A stretch of 64,000 nucleotides of DNA, taken from NCBI GenBank assembly GCA_030141605.1, contig JAQGDQ010002371.1:186001-250000 (forward strand), given 5' to 3'. Position numbers and translations under genes: made by a program. Shown here piece after piece: positions 58,898 through 64,000 of the stretch. The number at the start of each line of letters is the position of its first letter. Position 1 is the stretch's first letter. The notes below the pieces were generated by a model that saw only the letters and a program-made list of their open reading frames with translations, was not told where the DNA came from and did not search any database. The stretch comes from Tubiluchus corallicola. Lineage: Eukaryota > Animalia > Priapulida.

Positions 58898-59250
58898 ATT
58901 CCATTTTCCTGTTTCATCCTGCTCCACCTGCCAGTCTCAATTCGTATGTAGTGGCAATTCTGAATCTTGAAATGATTATCCTGTAATGTTCGGTAAGAAT
59001 GCTGTTATCATTCTTGTAAGGAGGGTTTAGTCTGCTCGTGGTTTATACTACTGTGTACACCCTGTTTCGAATCTGGATCATTTCCAAACGCAATAAGTAC
59101 TTCATTCTTGTAGCATTCAACCTCAAGTTTTTCAATAATTACCACAAAACTTAATATACATGTAACCAAGAACTTTCAAAGCACCGCATATTTTTACAAC
59201 AGCAGAAACTTTGGAAAGCAGGAATAATTAATCAAGAATGGTTTAGTTCC
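58880..59250 (-). mobile_element. Decayed LINE ORF2 C-terminus that seeds the 78-bp array
   Basis: The minus strand reads IISRFRI../RIETGRWSRMKQENGICQFCDFNVIQALTHAVLECPETK*, matching the SRFR.S.H.L.IETGRW....R.C..C....HVL..CP C-terminal motif of many LINEs. Confidence 0.75.
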
Positions 59251-59616
59251 AAAATAAATTTTATAGAAATATCGTTTGTCTAAACGGAAAACTACAAGAT
59301 GGAGACTTGGGAAGCAAAGTTGAAGTTAATTTACTGTTGCAGAAAACTTTTTTTTAATTTATGCAACCAAATGTGTTGGTCAATTATTACTTTGCACTGT
59401 TGCTTTTGTTACTGTCAGTTACAGAAAAAATTATAGCATCCAACATTAGTGACAGCCCAGGATATATGAGTACTGGTGCTAACTTCATAAACTGTATTTA
59501 AAAATTTTAATTCTGATATTCATGCTCTCATTCAGTACAAAATCATGGATACAAAACTTACCAAGTTCACACTGAAGCTCTGCTTATGATAGCTAGATGG
59601 TATTTTTTAATCAGCA

Positions 59617-59748
59617 AAAGTTCATGTGGTGTGTTAGCTCTTCACAGTCTAATTTTGACGTTTACTGCTGTGCGAATCTGAAAGTTCTTGTGGTGTGTTA
59701 GCTCTTCACAGTCTAATTTTGACGTTTACAGCTGGTCGCGAATCTGAA
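59617..59748 (+). repeat. Direct tandem duplication of a ~63-bp unit
   Basis: aaagttc.tgtggtgtgttagctcttcacagtctaattttgacgtttac..gcgaatctgaaa occurs twice. Confidence 0.85.
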
Positions 59749-59815
59749 ACAACGTGATGAAGGAAGTAAAAAGACTACGGCGAAAATGGATTAAATTTAA
59801 AGCACACTAAATCAG

Positions 59816-59929
59816 CGTTTATCAGACATCCGCAATGCGTTATGCGTTATTGCGTATCCAGCTGCGCATAAACAATCAAAAGGCGTGACTGCAGAAAAAT
59901 CTAACGCAATAACGCAGGTCTGATAAACG
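59816..59929. mobile_element. Small MITE-like hairpin
   Basis: cgtttatcagac...gtctgataaacg terminal inverted repeats, with inner gcgttattgcgt/acgcaataacgc inverted repeats. Confidence 0.55.
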
Positions 59930-59952
59930 AGATCATTAAAAACAAAGCATGC

Positions 59953-61721
59953 GTGACGTCATATATACACAACGTAAATTAGAGAAAGAAAAGGAAATGT
60001 TAAACTATGTCCCCAAAAAACTTTCCATGCAAAATTACATTACTTGGTTTTCGCTTACTTGCTGGAAAGACTTATGTAACTAGAAAAGAAAATTTTTAAT
60101 TATTTAAAATGTTTTTATCAATTGGTAAAATGTCACTGACTCACCCTCCAGGGGTGCACCACTCACTAACCAAGAACGTGTTTTTTAATCTTATTGAGAA
60201 GATACAATAATTTAAAATTTTTACTTAATTAGTGACGTGTGTGTTACGAATGCTCTTGATTATTTTTTCAAAGTTTACACAACATTATCTAAATTTGTTT
60301 CAAATGACCTACTACCAAAATGACTGTGTCTAAAGGTGATCGCGGGAGTTTAAATATTTACACGTTTTATACAGCTTTGCTGCCAACTCAAGCCCCGTAT
60401 GCAAAAAGGCAGTTTGTAAGTGGTATAAAATTTCAGGACGAACTTTTTAAACTTTATGTAAGTGGAGGGTTTCCTTGTGCTTTAAGTAAAGCTGGTCTAA
60501 AAACGTCCAATATTCCTTATTTGTATTCACAAAGCTACCGAAAAGGGTAAGATTTAACTTCCAAACGTAAGATGTCTTATAAGAGGTACCGAACATATTT
60601 TTGATCATATAAGACTTCATAACTCAAGCTGCCATCACAGCAATTCCTACTGTTATAAGGGAGTTAGTAGGTATGATTCTATTTCTTAATTAAAACTAAT
60701 TAAAGTAGTTAATCTAAATACTAACTAAAATAGTCAAAATTTTACAAAATATACGTGTTGATTTTTGAATACGTGCTGTATCACGTCTGAACTTTGCATA
60801 ATTGATGATTTTGTAAAATTTTCAGACTAACTTAACTTAACTAACTATTAATTAATTTTAATGTTAGTATATTCTAATAAGAATTGGGCTTTTTAAGTTT
60901 TCGGGTGTGAAATGGGCATAAAATTTGGTGTCAAAATGATGTTACCAAATTTAGCAAAACACGTTTGTGACTGAAGAAGCTCCCCTTTCCTAATTTAACC
61001 CTCTTCTACCAACTACAGGCCTAATTTGTTATGCTTTGCAATAATTAACTAACGTAATACAATTAACTAGTGACACTAATTATTTCTTAATTTTGGTACT
61101 AAGTAAATAACTAAAAGCAGGCAGCAGCTTGAAAATGAAGTAAGTCTGTTGATGAAAAATAATAACGAAATTCAAACTAAAGAATCGGCGCTTCTTTTTA
61201 AACTTGTTTAATTAAAGCACATGAAAATCCTCCATTTACAAGCTTAAAAATTCGTTTTGAATTTTGTAATTACGTATTGCCTGTTTGCATGCAGGGCTTT
61301 CGTCGGCAGTCACGCTGTAGAAAACGTGTAAATCTAAACTCCCGCGAAGACCGTTAGGCGCAGCCATTTTGATGATAAGTCATTTGAAACAAGTTTAGAT
61401 AACATTGTGTAAACTTTGGAAAATAATCACAGCATTCGTAGCGCACACGTCACTAACTGAGCAAAATTTTAAATTACTATCTTGTTAATAAGATTAAAAA
61501 TACGTTATTGGTTTGTGAGTGGCGCACCCTGGAGGGTAAGTCTGCGACATTTTACCAATTCGTGAAAACATTTTAAATAATTAATAATTTTCTTTTGTAG
61601 TTACATAAGTCTTTCCAGCAGGATAGCGAAATACTATGTAACATAACTTTGCATGGAAAGTTTTTTGGGACATAGTTTAACATTTCCTTTTCTTCCACTG
61701 ATTGTGTATATATGACGTCAT
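59953..61721. mobile_element. Non-autonomous element with ~530-bp imperfect inverted arms around a ~700-bp AT-rich spacer
   Basis: 59953-~60490 is the reverse complement of ~61200-61721 (e.g. tgacgtcatatatacacaa..aaggaaatgttaaactatgtccc / gggacatagtttaacatttcctt..ttgtgtatatatgacgtca). Confidence 0.85.
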
Positions 61722-62317
61722 GTAATGGTGCAATCGGTACAGCATCACGGGGGATTTAAAATGAAAATAAACAAAAATTCCTTTCAACACGAGTACGATA
61801 TACGCATAAAATTAATGTAAAGTAATATAATTTTTAAGACGATTTTTCTGAAGCCTAATTCAATCACCCCTTTTCTTGTCCATTAAGACAATAACTATTG
61901 CCAATAAGCATTGACCAGCAAATAGTTGGAAAGACAAACATTAATCGTTTTACTAAAATTGCAAAGTATTTATAATCTGAGCACAATTGAAATTTGAGGC
62001 ATATGACTTGCCACTGTGTCAACGAAATTCTAAGAAAATTTTAAAGTGAGATAAACTATTCAATCTCCGAGAAAAACCTTAGGCTGTAAGCTAGATGATG
62101 ACGTAAAAGTTTCACGCTGGCACGTACGGATACCCATAAAATTATTTTGTGATAAGCAAAGCTCTTTTCACCATTATCACAGTTATATTCACTTCAATGG
62201 AATAGAATGTTCACCCTGTAAAATTATCTGCAAGTCAGAGTTTCAGTGTGACAAAAAAGCTACTACAAAAAGGGTCCTAATAGTTACATGATTAAATTTT
62301 AATCTAATAAATTTAGG

Positions 62318-62371
62318 GGTGAGTGAGTGAATGAGTGAGTGAGTGAGTGAGCGAGCGAGCAAATGAGTGTG
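62318..62371 (+). repeat. (GAGT)n microsatellite
   Basis: Seen directly. Confidence 0.85.
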
Positions 62372-62599
62372 ATATAAACTTTACCCAAAGTTTGCCGTTG
62401 CAGAATGCACTAAAACCTGACCTATCAGATGTTGACCCTCAACACTCAACCTACTTGACCCTCAATACTCAACCTACTAGAGACTGTGATGGCGGGGAAT
62501 CTGCCTTGTAACAAACCTGATCAGTTTTCGTGCTACCTTGTAATACATTTGATAGAAAGTATTAAAATTATCAAGTGGATAAAGGATTACCGGCACAAG

Positions 62600-63230
62600 G
62601 ATTCTGATCGACGACCAACTTGTAGTTTCTGCATTTCCATCAGCTCTTTCCTGACCAGTTCTTTTTGGGCCTGTGGGATACGATATGGTCTCTGTCTGAC
62701 TGGTGTAGGATCTGAGAGGATTATCTCGTGCTCAACTACTGATGTCCTTCCGGGAAGGTCAGTAAAAGTTTCAGAGAAATCTCGGAGGACTTTCATCAGC
62801 TCTTCCTTCTGCTCTTCAGTAAGTTCAGCAGGTAAAGTTATATCAGCTACACTTTGGGTGGCACTTGCTGTAGGTGGGAAAGCATAATCTGGCAATTTAC
62901 ACAAACGTTCACTGTCTGGCTCCTGATTATTTGAATCGTCCTCAACCCAATCATTATCAATATTGCTGGCAGGTGGCACAAGTCTGCTCTCCTCACATCT
63001 GGCAAATAAAGCTGTTCCCATCACGATCCACAAAGGGCTTGAGCAGATTAATGTGATACGTTTTAACATTTGCCCGTTTTCCTTTACCACCAATGTTGAT
63101 TTTATATGTGAGGTCTGACACCTTGTCAGTTACTACGTATGGGCCGCGATAGTGTCTCTGCATTTTTCCTTTCCCTTCAGGCATAAGAATTAGTACTTTC
63201 TGGCCAATCTCCAGTACTCGATCAGTTTGG
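62600..63230 (-). mobile_element. Ty3/Gypsy LTR retrotransposon pol fragment with Gmr1-like order (integrase C-terminus followed by RT N-terminus)
   Basis: RVLEIGQKVLILMP..KMQRHYRGPYVVTDKVSDLTYKI..YHINLLKPF (GPY/F module) is followed after one frameshift by LTEEQKEELMKVLRDFSETFTDLPGRTSVVEHEIILSDPTPVRQRPYRIPQAQKELVRKELMEM (start of RT). Confidence 0.85.
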
Positions 63231-63599
63231 CTTGGCTCAGAGATTCATGGGCATCTTCCGTTGCATCCTGGAGTGCATTAATAATTCTTACTAGCACAGG
63301 CCCCGCAAAAGATGTTGTGTATAATCAATAATACGCGAACATTCTACCTAGTCCTCATTTATAACACAAAGCCCATAACATCCTGCCTACTGTATGTCTG
63401 TTTATCTAACGCAAAGCAGCTTTTTGCTGAATTAAAGCTGTAAGCAGAGTACAATGGATGACGTCACTACAATGGCATGCGTCAGCAGTTTTCTAAGCGA
63501 AAATTGTCGAAAATAGAACATCTAATTAACTTGCCAGTACTCCTCTCGGTGGACCTGACCTAAAATATAACCCACATCATCGTGTAGCCCTGTCCTTCC

Positions 63600-64000
63600 T
63601 CTTTGTAAAGAGCTGTATATCTCCTTCCGAGAGTCCCACCAGGCGACGCTAGAACGTTTTTTCCGTATGCTGTTTGGTCAAAATTTCGGAAAAATCGAGT
63701 TGGGTCCGGGAAAACGCCCGTTGCGGGGCGCGGTGGTCCTCTCGGGAATTCTAAATATGCCTACTACACCCACCGCTGAACGGGCTATCTATCCATACCC
63801 AGCACCACCCTCGGCCCATTCCAGTTCTTCAGAAATAAGAGGTATAAGTTTTGCAAAAAACGACCGAAAAATGGTCATTTTTGGAGGTTTTCCGCCCCCC
63901 CCTCCCGGTGAGCCCGATTCGAAAAAAAATAAACCATCAATGGCACAACACTAGATCGAGACCTTTCGTTTGATATATAGATCGCCGCAAATGGTGCCGT
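63600..64000. repeat. GC-richer dispersed-repeat-like segment, truncated by the window end
   Basis: Abrupt GC/CpG rise, no credible ORF, and a terminal ctagatcgagacctttcgtttgata motif reminiscent of invertebrate non-autonomous elements. Confidence 0.3.

Overview
AT-rich genomic DNA from an invertebrate animal (GT-AG introns, LINE/LTR/MITE debris, long microsatellites); the taxon cannot be determined from the sequence alone. Manual splicing gives seven intron-containing genes. (1) From 5.1 to 34.5 kb lies a cluster of five predicted secreted proteins whose mature chains lack cysteine and that I cannot assign to any family. Three are paralogues (A +, B +, C -) sharing a ~170-aa 'YYDIP...LPxRxxF' domain and a conserved phase-2 intron. 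Two are two-exon, low-complexity Tyr/Arg/Thr/acidic block proteins (D, E) built from TTTE[K/Q/R]P...RYYY modules. (2) A 7-exon NSE3/MAGE-family gene (NSMCE3-like) lies on + at 37.1-44.6 kb. (3) A convergent 9-exon peptidase C45 gene resembling Tan (N-beta-alanyl-dopamine/carcinine hydrolase) lies on - at 45.0-50.6 kb. The rest is repeat-rich: LOA-like, RTE and CR1/L2-like LINE fragments, a Gypsy fragment with Gmr1-like domain order, foldback/MITE inverted repeats, and a 78-bp minisatellite derived from a LINE zinc knuckle that forms a multi-zinc-knuckle ORF with 4-mer higher-order structure. The best candidate for an undescribed system is the secreted orphan cluster, possibly an extracellular structural, adhesive or sclerotised-matrix locus. 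That function is inference only.
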